Assembly: GCA_046497565.1 (NCBI GenBank)
Contig: JAWOFK010000079.1
Location: 1 to 47,537, forward strand
Direction: 5' to 3'
DNA length: 47,537 nt
Source: Dehalococcoidia bacterium
Lineage (GTDB): Bacteria > Chloroflexota > Dehalococcoidia > GIF9 > AB-539-J10
Under the pieces are notes generated by a model that saw only the letters and a list, made by a program, of their open reading frames with translations, had not been told where the DNA came from and did no database searches. Made by a program: the position numbers and the translations under genes. Of this stretch, positions 27,700 through 38,243 are shown piece after piece; position 1 is the stretch's first letter; each line of letters opens with the position of its first letter.

Positions 27700-28662
27700 T
27701 TGTTGGCGGATTCCCTGCCATACTTGAAATTGAAGGAGCAGTGTCTGTTGCATAACCGGCAGTACACCAAATTTGGGCAAGAAATAGAGCGGTGTACCCG
27801 TCTATATGAAGGATTTGCTGACGCAGCGCCCTTTGTAAAAGCGGTATATGAATGTGTTGACAGGTTCCGCCAAGACCACCCGATAACTCCACAGCCGGCA
27901 GTTGACCCTCAAGAAGCCGCCGATATGCTCAGGGCCGGCAGGTCTCTGGAAGTAAATCCTGCCCTCGATACCGAAGCTGCAGTCGAGTTGCTCATAAGAA
28001 TAGGCGAGGCTCTGGTTGAGGCGAATCCTGAGCTTGAAACAACCATGAGGGTGGTGGAAGAAAAGCTTGAGCAGTTCCTATTGAATTCCCCCGACAAAGT
28101 AAGCAAGGAGGATATGTGGGGTCTGTGTCAGGTGCTGGTCAGAGAGACCGAACTGGAACAGGACCTGGCCACGTTTCTTTTTTCTACGACGCTATCTTAT
28201 TTCTACAGAGAGCACCTACAGGGGACAGCCGACGTTCTGCGCACAGACCTCTGGCAAGGCGGGAATTGTCCATTATGCGCAGAAAAGCCTCATTATGGTC
28301 TCCTGCGTCCCAAAGACGGTGCCAAGGAACTGGAGTGCTGGCTTTGTGAAACTACATGGGTGCACTCCCGCATCAAGTGTCCATTCTGCGGTAATGAAGA
28401 GCAAGAGGACCTCGGCTATTTCACCGTCGAGGACCAGGAAATATGCCGGGTCAGCTTCTGCCAGCGATGCCGCCAGTATTTGAAGATAATCGATGGGCGC
28501 AAGTTCGATGCCAGCGGAGGTATTATCTTAAGCATCCATAACCTCGCTTCGCTTTCTCATGATTTACTGGCCAGACAGGAAGGTTTTGCGCCGGGCTCCG
28601 GTTTGGAGTGGGTCAATCAACAGGAGATAACCGACAGGCGCGAAGTTGTTGAAAAATGGTGA
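27700..28662 (+). CDS. fdhE: Formate dehydrogenase accessory protein
   Basis: CPLC, CWLC.TTW...RIKCPFCG, CQRC.QYLK.ID; start uncertain. Confidence 0.88.
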   Translation: MLADSLPYLKLKEQCLLHNRQYTKFGQEIERCTRLYEGFADAAPFVKAVYECVDRFRQDHPITPQPAVDPQEAADMLRAGRSLEVNPALDTEAAVELLIRIGEALVEANPELETTMRVVEEKLEQFLLNSPDKVSKEDMWGLCQVLVRETELEQDLATFLFSTTLSYFYREHLQGTADVLRTDLWQGGNCPLCAEKPHYGLLRPKDGAKELECWLCETTWVHSRIKCPFCGNEEQEDLGYFTVEDQEICRVSFCQRCRQYLKIIDGRKFDASGGIILSIHNLASLSHDLLARQEGFAPGSGLEWVNQQEITDRREVVEKW

Positions 28663-28709
28663 ATCAGGCTATATAATAGCACGAATCTAGAAGAGCATAG
28701 GAGGCGCAT

Positions 28710-31700
28710 ATGACTCTGGAAGTAACAAGGCGAGGGTTTTTCAAACTCAGCGGTGCAACTGCGGCTGCTGCTGCATTGACCGCAGTAGGCGTGCGTAAGG
28801 TATCCGCCGCTACAGGGGAGCCACTACGCATCAGGTACACAAAGGAATACCATACTGTCTGCACCTTCTGCGGAGTGGGCTGTGGGGTTATATGTAATGT
28901 TCAGGATGGCGTGATTGTCAACGCTGAGGGTGATCCGGATCATCCCATCAACGAGGGCACTCTGTGCAGCAAGGGTAGCTCGCACTACAACATCTCCTAC
29001 ATCTATGATGAAAAAGGCGTACCGAGGCCCAATCCCAAGCGGCTGACCCATGTTCTGTACCGTGCCCCCGGCAGCAACAGCTATGAAGTCAAGGATTGGG
29101 ACTGGGCGCTGGACACTATTGCTGAGCGGATCAAAGACACCCGCGACAGAAGCCTGGTTGAGTCGGTAAGTGTCGATGGCAAGCAGGTAACCGTAAACCG
29201 GACGGAAGCCATCGGCTGGCTGGGCAGCGCTTTCTGCACCGACGAAGAGAACTATCTGTTCCACAAGATGGGCCGGGCCATGGGGGTGATCAATATCGAT
29301 CACTGCGCCCGCCTCTGACACTCTACCACGGTCGCCGGTCTCGGCGCCACATTCGGTAGAGGTTGCATGACCAACCACTGGATTGACTACCGCAACACAG
29401 ATGTCTTTATGAATATCGGCGGCAATACTGCCGAGAACCATCCCGTTTCTATGAAATGGATTGAGAAGGCCCGGGAAACCAAGGGAGCCAAGCTTATAGT
29501 AGTCGACCCCCGTGTTTCGCGCACCGCCGCAGTGGCGGATCTTCACGTGCGCATACGTCCCGGTACGAACATTGCATTTCTGGGCGGACTCATGAATTAC
29601 ATACTCCAGAATGAGCTCTACCACAAAGAGTACGTGGAGCATTACACCAACGCTTCTTTCCTGATTGAGGAAGGGTTCGATTTCAACGAGGAATTCGGTC
29701 TTTTCTCCGGTGTTGAGGATGACCCGGTGCGCAGCGCCAAGAAATACGACCGGCAAACATGGCAGTACAGGAAAGATGAAGGTGGAAGCATACTGAAGGA
29801 CCCGACCCTGGAGGACCCACACTGCGTCATGCAGTTAATGAAGAAACACTACAGCAGATACACCATGGAGAATGTCAGCAAGATCACCGGCGCTTCTCCA
29901 GAGTCTCTGCAGCAAGCATACGCGCTATTCAGCACTACCGGTCAGCCCGGCAAAGCCGGTAGCATTCTCTATGCCATGGGTATTACCCAGTTTACCCACG
30001 GTGCGCAGAATGTGCGGGCAGTTGCCATGGTGCAGTTGCTCCTGGGCAACATGGGTATTGCCGGGGGTGGAGTAAATGCCCAGCGGGGCCAGTCCAACGT
30101 GCAGGGTTCAACGGATATGGCCATACTCTACCATATCATCCCCGGATACATGGCCACTCCTCAGCAGGCGAAGCACGCTACCCTGGCCGATTATCTTGAG
30201 GTTGAAACACCGGCTACGGGCTGGTGGTCCAACAAGCCCAAATACCTGGTTAGCCTGCTCAAAGCTTTCTATGGCGATAATGCCACTGCGGCTAATGAGT
30301 TCGCCTACCAGTGGCTGCCCAAGCTGGACGGCCTTGACCATTCGCACATCGCCATGTATCGGGATATGGGCGAGGGCAAGGTGGAAGGATTCATCTGCTG
30401 GGCCGACAACCCGGCTGTATCCGGACCGAGCGCCTCGGCAAAACGCAACTATCAGAAGAACCTCAAGTGGCTGGTATCTGTGGATATGTTTGAAAATGAA
30501 ACCGCTTCCTTCTGGCAAGCCCCCGGAATGAACCCCGCTGAAATTGATACTGAGGTCTTCATTCTGCCGGCTGCCGCCGGTTATGAACGCGAGGGCAGCA
30601 AGGCCAACAGCGGCCGCTGGATCCAGTGGGCCTGGAAGTGCCAGGACCCACCCGGAGAAGCCAAGTCAGACCTGTGGATTGTCAATGAGCTGTTCAAGAG
30701 GCTGCAAAAGCTTTATGAAACTAAGGGCGGTGTTGTTCCGGAGCAGATCAGCAAGATGTTCTGGGACTACGATGGCCCCAACGGCGAAATAGACGTCGTC
30801 AAGGTCTGCAAAGACGTTAATGGTTACAGAGTTAATGATGGCTCTCTGGTGACCAACTTCGTCGGTTTGCAGGCTGATGGCTCGACTGCCTGTGGCAACT
30901 GGCTCTACAGTGGTTACTACAACAACTACGATAATCCGGCCACCAAGCACCGGGTCAGAGAGATAGAGGGGATCGGTTCCAACCTGGGCTGGTCCTTTGC
31001 CTGGCCTCTCAACAGGCGCATTGTTTATAACCGTGGGTCCTGCGACCCGGAAGGCAAACCCTGGAACCCGAACGCTGCCGTTATCTGGTGGGATGCAGCC
31101 CAGCAGAGATGGGTCGGTAACGATATACCGGACATTCCGGGCACCTGGACTTTGAAGCAGTCGACAGAGAATCCATTCATTATGCTGCCGGAGGGCGTGG
31201 GCCGGCTCTTCTCAATTGGAGCACTGGCTGACGGTCCTTTGCCCACCCATTACGAACCGGCGGAAAGCCTTGTGCCGAACCTGCTATATCCGCAGGCTAC
31301 CTATAACCCGGTCAGCCAGAGGTTTTATGAGGACCATACGGTGGAAACCGATGCCGAACGGGCCAGATATCCCTATATCATTACCACTTACCGCGTGGTC
31401 GAGCACTACCAGTCGGGCATCGTGACCCGCAACATACCCTGGCTGAACGAACTGATGCCGGAGATCTTCGTCGAGCTCAGTGAGGAACTGGCCGCTGAAC
31501 TGGGAATTGAGAACGGAGATTGGGTTCTATTAGAGAGCAAGCGCCTTTACAAGGATGGCACGCAGGGCAATATCAAGGTTAAAGCCTGCGTTACCAGGCG
31601 TATCCAGCCGATGATGATTAACGGGGAGAAGAGACACGTTGTGGGGTTACCCTGGCACTGGGGCTACAAAGGCTTGAGTACGGGGGCCATTGCCAACGAC

Positions 31701-31778
31701 TTGAGCCCCTCGGTTGGAGATGCAAATACGACTATTCCTGAGTCCAAGGCGTTTTTGTGCAATGTAAGGAGGGCATAA
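28710..31778 (+). CDS. fdhA: Tat-exported Mo/W formate dehydrogenase alpha subunit, selenoprotein (Sec at TGA 29316-29318)
   Basis: Twin-Arg TRRGFFK; CTFCGVGC..C cluster; DHCARL-U-HSTTVAGL read in frame through the TGA joins ORFs 28710-29318 and 29367-31778; RGQSNVQG; WPLNRR (FdnG type). Confidence 0.96.
29321..29361 (+). promoter_or_regulatory. SECIS element of fdhA
   Basis: Lower stem CTCTACC/GGTAGAG, apical CGCCG-GTCT-CGGCG directly 3' of the TGA. Confidence 0.75.
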
Positions 31779-31781
31779 TAG

Positions 31782-32564
31782 ATGGCTCAAGCAATGTGTT
31801 TAATTGACGCCTCCAAGTGTATCGGTTGTCGGGCATGTCAGGTGGCATGTAAGCAGTGGAATCAGTTGCCGGCTGAGGAGACGACCTTCACGGGCAGCTA
31901 TGAAAACCCGCCGCGGTTTTCCAGCAACACGTGGTGCCGGGTTGTCTTCCGCGAGCACGGGGACAACGGCAGGGTTGACTGGCTGCTGTCGAAACAGGGC
32001 TGCATGCACTGCACCGATGCAGCCTGTATGCAGGCCTGTCCGGTCGGTGCTATCTACCGCACCGCCTTCGGTACGGTCAATATCGATCAGCTCAAGTGCA
32101 TCGGCTGCAACTACTGTGTCGTGGCCTGCCCGTTCGGCGTAATCGGCTTCGACCGCCGTACCAACAAAGCAAGGAAGTGCACATTCTGTGTCGACCGCTT
32201 AGAAAACGGACTACAGCCGGCCTGTGCTTTTGTGTGCCCGACAGGCTCCATAACCTTCGGTGATGCATCGGACCTTGTTCCACAGGCGATGGATAGAGTC
32301 GATCAGCTCAGAGCTGCCGGCAAGGTCAGTGCCAATGTATACGGTCTGGAAGAGGTTGACGGAACGGCCATGCTTTATGTGCTGGCCGATGAGTCTGAAA
32401 AATATGGGCTTCCTGCTGATCCCGAGGTATCGTTACAGACCCGTGTCTGGGACGTCATCTTCAAGCCTGTGCGCGCACTCGTCGTGGTGGCAGTGCTCTT
32501 TGGACTATGGGCCACCCGTTCGCGGAGCAAGCAACTTGAACAGGCCAGGAGAGAATCCAAATAA
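31782..32564 (+). CDS. fdhB: Formate dehydrogenase 4x[4Fe-4S] beta subunit with C-terminal membrane anchor (FdnH-like)
   Basis: CIGCRACQVAC, CMHC..AC..ACP, CIGCNYC..ACP, CTFC..PAC..CP; hydrophobic ALVVVAVLFGLW. Confidence 0.92.
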   Translation: MAQAMCLIDASKCIGCRACQVACKQWNQLPAEETTFTGSYENPPRFSSNTWCRVVFREHGDNGRVDWLLSKQGCMHCTDAACMQACPVGAIYRTAFGTVNIDQLKCIGCNYCVVACPFGVIGFDRRTNKARKCTFCVDRLENGLQPACAFVCPTGSITFGDASDLVPQAMDRVDQLRAAGKVSANVYGLEEVDGTAMLYVLADESEKYGLPADPEVSLQTRVWDVIFKPVRALVVVAVLFGLWATRSRSKQLEQARRESK

Positions 32565-32581
32565 ACTGGGGGTGAAACAAA

Positions 32582-33898
32582 GTGGAAGTTAAACAGTTTG
32601 TCGGCGGAATTCGTGTTCCCCACTATAAGAGCTTTACTGAACACAAGGAGATTAGAGAAGCCTCTCTGCCGAAAGAGGTCACCATACCACTCTTGCAGCA
32701 TACCGGTGCTCCCAACCTGCCGCTGGTGAAAGTGGGCGATAGAGTCAAAGCGGGGCAGATGATAGGTGCTACCGACAAGTTAGTGAGCGCTCCTGTCCAC
32801 GCCAGCCTCTCCGGTACCGTAGCTGCCATAGAGCCCCGGCCCTGTTTTACCGGGGAAATGCTCCAGAGCATCGTTATCACCGTTGATAGGGACCAGGACA
32901 AACCGGAGTGGGCTGACCTTGATGTCGATAAGGTCACCAGGGAGGAAGCCGTGAAGATGGTGCGGGAAGCGGGCATTGTCGGCATGGGCGGGGCTGCCTT
33001 CCCGACAGCGGTCAAACTCAGTCCCCCGCCGGGCAAGAAGGTAGACACGCTGCTCATTAATGGATGCGAATGTGAGCCGTTCCTGACCTGCGATCACCGG
33101 CTGATGGTTGAACAGCCCGAGAAGCTGCTGCCAGGAGTCCAGTTGCTGATGAAAATGCTCGGGGTTGAGAGAGCTTACATCTGCATAGAGGGCAACAAGC
33201 CCGATGCCATCGAAGCACTGCGGCGAAAGAACGATGACCCGCGGATAGTTCTGCTGAAGATGCCCACCAAGTACCCCCAGGGTTCGGAAAAGCACCTGGT
33301 CAAAGCAGCCATCGACCGTGAAATCCCCTCCGGTGGGCTGCCGTTTGACGTGGGTGCTTTGATTCAGAATGTGGGCACCTGCGTTGCCATTTACGAAGCA
33401 GTCAAACATAGAAAACCGCTTATCGAGCGGGTTGTAACCGTAACCGGACAGAACATCAGGGATCCGCAGAACCTGCTGGCCAAAATCGGCACCCCGCTCA
33501 GCCATTTGATCGCGGAGTGCGGCGGCATCGTAGAGCAGCCGGCCAAAGTCGTCGTCGGCGGACCGATGACCGGCAAAGCGCAGCATACCCTTGACGCGCC
33601 GGTGGTTAAGGGAACCACCGGAGTAGTCGTGCTTCCGCCGGAGCTGGCCATCGAAGACATGGAATACTCTGACTGCGTGCGCTGCTGCAAGTGTGTCGAG
33701 CACTGTCCCATGATGCTCTACCCCAACGAGATAAGCATTTACTGTGAGGCAGGCATGGTTGCAGAGGCAGCAAAATGGAATACGATGGACTGCATTGAGT
33801 GTGGAATATGCGCCTATGTATGTCCCTCCAAGCGGCCTATCGTCCGGTGGGTCCAGCGCACCAAGCCATTAATCCAGCAGCTTCAGAGCAGAAAGTGA
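32582..33898 (+). CDS. rnfC: RnfC (FMN/NAD-binding, 2x[4Fe-4S])
   Basis: PLLQHTGAP, HASLSGTV, GIVGMGGAAFPT, NGCECEPFLTCD, KYPQGSEK, GGPMTG, CIECGICAYVCPS. Confidence 0.94.
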   Translation: MEVKQFVGGIRVPHYKSFTEHKEIREASLPKEVTIPLLQHTGAPNLPLVKVGDRVKAGQMIGATDKLVSAPVHASLSGTVAAIEPRPCFTGEMLQSIVITVDRDQDKPEWADLDVDKVTREEAVKMVREAGIVGMGGAAFPTAVKLSPPPGKKVDTLLINGCECEPFLTCDHRLMVEQPEKLLPGVQLLMKMLGVERAYICIEGNKPDAIEALRRKNDDPRIVLLKMPTKYPQGSEKHLVKAAIDREIPSGGLPFDVGALIQNVGTCVAIYEAVKHRKPLIERVVTVTGQNIRDPQNLLAKIGTPLSHLIAECGGIVEQPAKVVVGGPMTGKAQHTLDAPVVKGTTGVVVLPPELAIEDMEYSDCVRCCKCVEHCPMMLYPNEISIYCEAGMVAEAAKWNTMDCIECGICAYVCPSKRPIVRWVQRTKPLIQQLQSRK

Positions 33899-33930
33899 TG
33901 AAAGTACGTCGAAAAAGGAGGACCTAAGTC

Positions 33931-34911
33931 GTGAGTACTACCGAAAAGCTCGTATTCTCAGCATCCCCTCACCTTAAAGATAAAGGAACCGTGTCAACAG
34001 CCATGCGGGATGTATTCATCGCCCTGTTACCCGTCACGGCGGCTGCCATATACTTCTTTCGCTGGTATGCTGTTTTCACCATTGCGGTTTCTCTAATTAC
34101 CGCCGTGCTAACCGAGCTCCTGTTCAGGAGACTGATGAGCAAAAAGCCCAGCCTGAATGACTGGAGTGCTCTGGTGACCGGTCTATTCGTGGCGCTCCTG
34201 TTTCCGGCTACCGCCCCGTGGTGGACGGTAGTCATTGCCAGCTTTCTTGCCATCGGCATTGCCAAGGAGCTGATGGGAGGGCTGGGCTGGAACCTCTTCA
34301 ATCCGGCTCTTTTTGGCAGGGTGGCTGTGATCCTCCTGGCGCCCTGGCTGGCCTATGTTTCAGGGTGGTTTGCACCGCTGAGCGTCAACCTCGGCCCGGT
34401 AGATGCTCTAACCCAGGCCACGCCGCTGGCCATGCTGCACATGGGTGCGGCGGAGATGCCAGCTGTGAGCCGGCTTTTCGTAGGCTTTCCTGCCGGGGCC
34501 CTATGTGAAGTGTCGCCACTGCTGGTACTCGTCGGGGCAGCCTACCTTTTCTACAGGGGACATATCACCTGGCGTATTCCGGCATCCATTCTGGCTACGG
34601 TTCTGGTTCTGACCGCAATTTTTGGGCAAAACCCTATATACCACATTGCTACCGGGGGAATCATGATCGGTGCATTCTTTATGGCCACCGACTGGGTAAC
34701 CAGCCCGTTTACTGACAGGGGCAAATTAATCTTCGGCGTCGGGATCGGGGTTCTGATTGTCGTTTTCCGGCTCGCGCTTGCGCCGACAGAAGGGGTTGCT
34801 TTTGCCATCTTGATCATGAATGCTTTTGTGCCCCTGCTTAATAGGAAGACAGCGCGCCCGCAGTTCGGTCACATTAAAGCCGTTGCTGTTCCGATGGCCG
34901 AGAAGGAATAA
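33931..34911 (+). CDS. rnfD: RnfD membrane subunit (flavinylation target)
   Basis: SPH, GGLGWNLFNPA, DALTQATPL (FMN-Thr motif), GAFFMATDWVTSP, EGVAFAILIMN. Confidence 0.94.
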   Translation: MSTTEKLVFSASPHLKDKGTVSTAMRDVFIALLPVTAAAIYFFRWYAVFTIAVSLITAVLTELLFRRLMSKKPSLNDWSALVTGLFVALLFPATAPWWTVVIASFLAIGIAKELMGGLGWNLFNPALFGRVAVILLAPWLAYVSGWFAPLSVNLGPVDALTQATPLAMLHMGAAEMPAVSRLFVGFPAGALCEVSPLLVLVGAAYLFYRGHITWRIPASILATVLVLTAIFGQNPIYHIATGGIMIGAFFMATDWVTSPFTDRGKLIFGVGIGVLIVVFRLALAPTEGVAFAILIMNAFVPLLNRKTARPQFGHIKAVAVPMAEKE

Positions 34912-34961
34912 GCGGTTAGGCGAAATCGTATAACGAAGGAAGGTAAGGAAAGGAGGGGACT

Positions 34962-35141
34962 ATGCTGGGTCGTCCGGGACCATGGGAGATCGCGCTTATC
35001 CTGGTGATTGTCTTGATTGTGTTCGGCGTTGGCAAACTCCCGCAGGTAGGCGAGGCTATCGGTAAGGGAATGCGGGCGTTCCGCAAGGCGCAGACCGGCC
35101 AAGATGAGGCCGATGAGGATAAGCATAAGGAAACAAAATAA
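34962..35141 (+). CDS. tatA: TatA (59 aa, absent from the ORF track)
   Basis: RBS AGGAGG; [43 protein letters not shown]. Confidence 0.93.
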   Translation: MLGRPGPWEIALILVIVLIVFGVGKLPQVGEAIGKGMRAFRKAQTGQDEADEDKHKETK

Positions 35142-35278
35142 TCCAGGAATACTACTGCCAGCCAAGCTGCTACTAGCTGAACTGTACCTTCAACTCGTAA
35201 CTCTACGGGGGTACAGGTCGCCATATCAGGAATAACTCAGGTTAAGGGGAGAACGCGGCGAGGTAAGGGGAGCGAATA

Positions 35279-35488
35279 ATGAATCTTATTGGCGTGGGGG
35301 AACTATTACTGCTCCTCATCATTGCTTTGCTGGTATGGGGGCCGGGAAAGATAGCGGAGTTCGGCAAGACGCTGGGGAAAACGATACGCTCTGTAAACAA
35401 AGCGAGCTCTGACCTGACAGCACGGGTAACCAGAGAATTCGACATAGAAGAAGAAGCCCGCCCACCTAACCCGGAACACAGGAATTAG
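35279..35488 (+). CDS. tatB: TatA/TatB-family subunit
   Basis: IGVGELLLLLIIALLVWGPGKIAEFGKTLGK. Confidence 0.75.
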   Translation: MNLIGVGELLLLLIIALLVWGPGKIAEFGKTLGKTIRSVNKASSDLTARVTREFDIEEEARPPNPEHRN

Positions 35489-35563
35489 TCATCAGGAAAA
35501 ACGGGGTTAGTAACCGCTGGGAGGAAAAGACTGCAATATCCGGGTTCATATACTATGTGAGGA

Positions 35564-36310
35564 ATGAATGTGAGAGGACCAGCCACGGGCGAGGCCCAGA
35601 AACCCGTGTCCATTCTCGTGCACTTGGCTGAGCTGCGAAAGCGTCTGCTCAGGAGTGTAATCGTCGTGGCTATTGCCACCGTCCTGGCCTTCGTGTTTTA
35701 TCACCAAATATTTGATATCCTGCTCTATCCCGCCGGCGAGATGGACCTCATCTTCGTGGAGATGACCGAGATGATCGGCACCATCTTCCGAGTGTGCCTG
35801 GCTGTCGGCATCATGCTGGCCGTCCCCTACCTGACCTATGAGTTCATTATGTTCGTCTCGCCAGCCCTCACGTCCAGGGAGAAGAGGTACGTCTATTTTA
35901 TCCTGCCCTGGATTGCTATCATGTTTGCTGCGGGAGTTGTCTTCGGCTATTTCATTCTGACTCCCCCGGCGATCAAGTTTTTGCTCGGTTTTGGGGGCGA
36001 TATAGCCGATGCGCAGATAAGAATTGGCAACTATATTCCGGTGGTGACCAAGCTGCTTCTGGTCACCGGGCTCATTTTTGAGGTGCCGGTGTTGACCACG
36101 TTCCTGGCCAGGATCGGCGTCGTCTCCGGCAACTGGCTGGCCAGCAAGCGTAAGATAGTAATAGTCGGCGCGTTTCTCCTGGCTGCCATACTTACGCCTC
36201 CCGACATTCTAACCCAGATAATGCTGGGCCTGCCACTGATTGCCCTCTACGAACTCAGCATCTGGCTGGCGCGGCTCGTCGGCAAGAAGAGGCAGAGTGC
36301 CCAAGCCTAG
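35564..36310 (+). CDS. tatC: Tat translocase TatC
   Basis: HLAELRKRL, FVSPAL..EK, FEVP, AAILTPPD, LYELS. Confidence 0.95.
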   Translation: MNVRGPATGEAQKPVSILVHLAELRKRLLRSVIVVAIATVLAFVFYHQIFDILLYPAGEMDLIFVEMTEMIGTIFRVCLAVGIMLAVPYLTYEFIMFVSPALTSREKRYVYFILPWIAIMFAAGVVFGYFILTPPAIKFLLGFGGDIADAQIRIGNYIPVVTKLLLVTGLIFEVPVLTTFLARIGVVSGNWLASKRKIVIVGAFLLAAILTPPDILTQIMLGLPLIALYELSIWLARLVGKKRQSAQA

Positions 36311-36421
36311 CCTCTGATTAAATCAGGGGCCAGTGGCAAACTGGGACAGACCGCAGGTATATAAACGCTGTGTGATGGTATGTTATAATTCACTTTTCCT
36401 GTAGCAGAAGGAGGGCTAGCA

Positions 36422-38137
36422 ATGACATCCGATTCCAACAAAGCCAAATATGAAGCCAGGCCCTGGTTAAGGTTTTATGGTAAAGATGTCCCGCCAGATG
36501 TCGAAATCCCGGAAAAATCCGCAGTGGAGGCCTTCGATGAGGCTACGGAAAGATGGAAACACAGGGCCGCCGTAATATTCTATGGCCGAAAGATAAGCTA
36601 CCGGGAGCTACGAGACCATGTCGACCGATTTGCCACCGCGCTCCATGATCTGGGAGTCAAAAAAGGAGACAGGGTCGCCCTGCTGCTGCTCAATTCGCCT
36701 CAGTTCATCATAGCTTATTTCGGAGCCCTGAAAGCTGGAGCTACCCTGACCCCAATTAACATTCTCCATGTCAGCCCCGAGATCAAGCACCAGCTTGAAG
36801 ATAGTGGAGCCAGAGTCATCGTCTGCCAGGATATACTTTACAAAAATGTGGAAAAAACGGGAATCGAGCTGGATAGTGTTATCCTGACCGACATCAACGA
36901 ATACCTTCCGACAATTAAGAAGTTGCTCGGCAGCAGTGTGTTGCCGACCAGATATCAGAAATCGGCAGACCCGGTTGTCGAATTGTTGGGAAGAGAGGGA
37001 TTCTATCGATTCCAGGATTTGATTAAGAAATATCCACCTCGGCCGCCACAAATCGAGTTCAATGCTAAAGAAGACGTTGCAACTCTCCCCTATACTGGAG
37101 GGGCAACGGGGTTGCCTAAAGGGGCCATGATAACTCATTACAATCTCACTGCTGTCCGGTATCTCTACGGGAGGTTCTGGGGCGATGTCATTCAGGATGG
37201 TGAAGAAACCATAATAGCCCACTTGCCTTTCTACCACATCTACGGTCAAGCGGTGGTCATAGTCGGAGGGTTGTCCGGGGGCTTCACTCTGGGGATATTT
37301 GCAGTTCCTGACCTCGACGACATTTTGCATGCAATAGCAAGTTACAAGGCAACTATCTTCGTCAGTATACCAACCCTGTATCAATATCTCAGGGACTATT
37401 ACCGTACGAACAAAGTAGACTGGAAACGTATAAAACTCCTGGTATCCGGTGCTGATGCCCTTCATGAGGATACTGCTAGAGGCTGGGAAAGGCGAACTGG
37501 CACCAGGATTCTCGAGACCTGGGGGGCAACCGAGACCAGCTCAGTCGGTATAGTCAGTCCCTACGGCAGGCCGAAAGAGGGTTCATTCGGCATCCCTCTG
37601 CCCAATACCGTGGCTGCCATAGTTGACCCTGACAACAGTGATTTCCTTCCCGTTGGCAAAAGAGGCGAACTGGTAATCAAAGGACCACAACTGGCCAGGG
37701 GATACTGGGGGAATCCGGAGGAAACCAGTAAAGCGTTTGTGGAGATTGACGGCGAGACCTGGCTTCGAACCGGCGACCTGGTAAGAATGGATGCAGAGGG
37801 CTACTTTCACTTCTACGACAGGAAGCGTGATATGATCAAATACAAGGGGTGGACTATATTTGCCAGAGAGATAGAGGAGGTACTGGTTGCCCATCCCCAG
37901 GTCAAGGAGGCAGTTGTCATCGGAGTTCCCGACCCGGATGTTGGGGAGAGAGTTAAAGCATTCGTCGTTCTGGAAACAGACGCCAAAGGGAAAACGTCGG
38001 CTGAGGAAATTATGAAGTACTGTGCCGAAAAGCTGGCTCACTACAAGATACCCAGGACAGTCGAATTCAGAGGTGAGGTACCCAGGACAGCCGCCGGCAA
38101 GGTGTTACGCCGCGAGTTGAGAGAGGAGGAGATGTAG
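36422..38137 (+). CDS. Long-chain fatty-acid-CoA ligase
   Basis: YTGGATGLPKG, WGATE, RTGDL, DRKRDMIK, PRTAAGK. Confidence 0.92.
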   Translation: MTSDSNKAKYEARPWLRFYGKDVPPDVEIPEKSAVEAFDEATERWKHRAAVIFYGRKISYRELRDHVDRFATALHDLGVKKGDRVALLLLNSPQFIIAYFGALKAGATLTPINILHVSPEIKHQLEDSGARVIVCQDILYKNVEKTGIELDSVILTDINEYLPTIKKLLGSSVLPTRYQKSADPVVELLGREGFYRFQDLIKKYPPRPPQIEFNAKEDVATLPYTGGATGLPKGAMITHYNLTAVRYLYGRFWGDVIQDGEETIIAHLPFYHIYGQAVVIVGGLSGGFTLGIFAVPDLDDILHAIASYKATIFVSIPTLYQYLRDYYRTNKVDWKRIKLLVSGADALHEDTARGWERRTGTRILETWGATETSSVGIVSPYGRPKEGSFGIPLPNTVAAIVDPDNSDFLPVGKRGELVIKGPQLARGYWGNPEETSKAFVEIDGETWLRTGDLVRMDAEGYFHFYDRKRDMIKYKGWTIFAREIEEVLVAHPQVKEAVVIGVPDPDVGERVKAFVVLETDAKGKTSAEEIMKYCAEKLAHYKIPRTVEFRGEVPRTAAGKVLRRELREEEM

Positions 38138-38138
38138 A

Positions 38139-38243
38139 ATGGCGCCATTTTTCGAGGTGGAAAACGCAACCAAGAGTTCTGGGGGCCTGGCTGCTGAAGC
38201 TCAGCCTTGCTTCACCCATCCTGTCGGGATGTCGGCCCTTTAA
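38139..38243 (+). pseudogene. Truncated remnant of a LivG-type ABC ATPase
   Basis: Directly after the ligase stop: MAPFFEVENATKSSGGLAA resembles the LivG start (LEV.N.TK.FGGL.AV), then unrelated sequence and a stop at codon 35. Confidence 0.6.

Noticed and set aside
29298-29318. DHCARL motif (extra Cys) before Sec in FdhA
   Set aside because: Common variant in formate dehydrogenases
28824-37465. Long antisense ORFs (28824-29822, 32780-33703, 36608-37465)
   Set aside because: Shadows of well-supported fdhA, rnfC and CoA-ligase genes; no recognisable motifs
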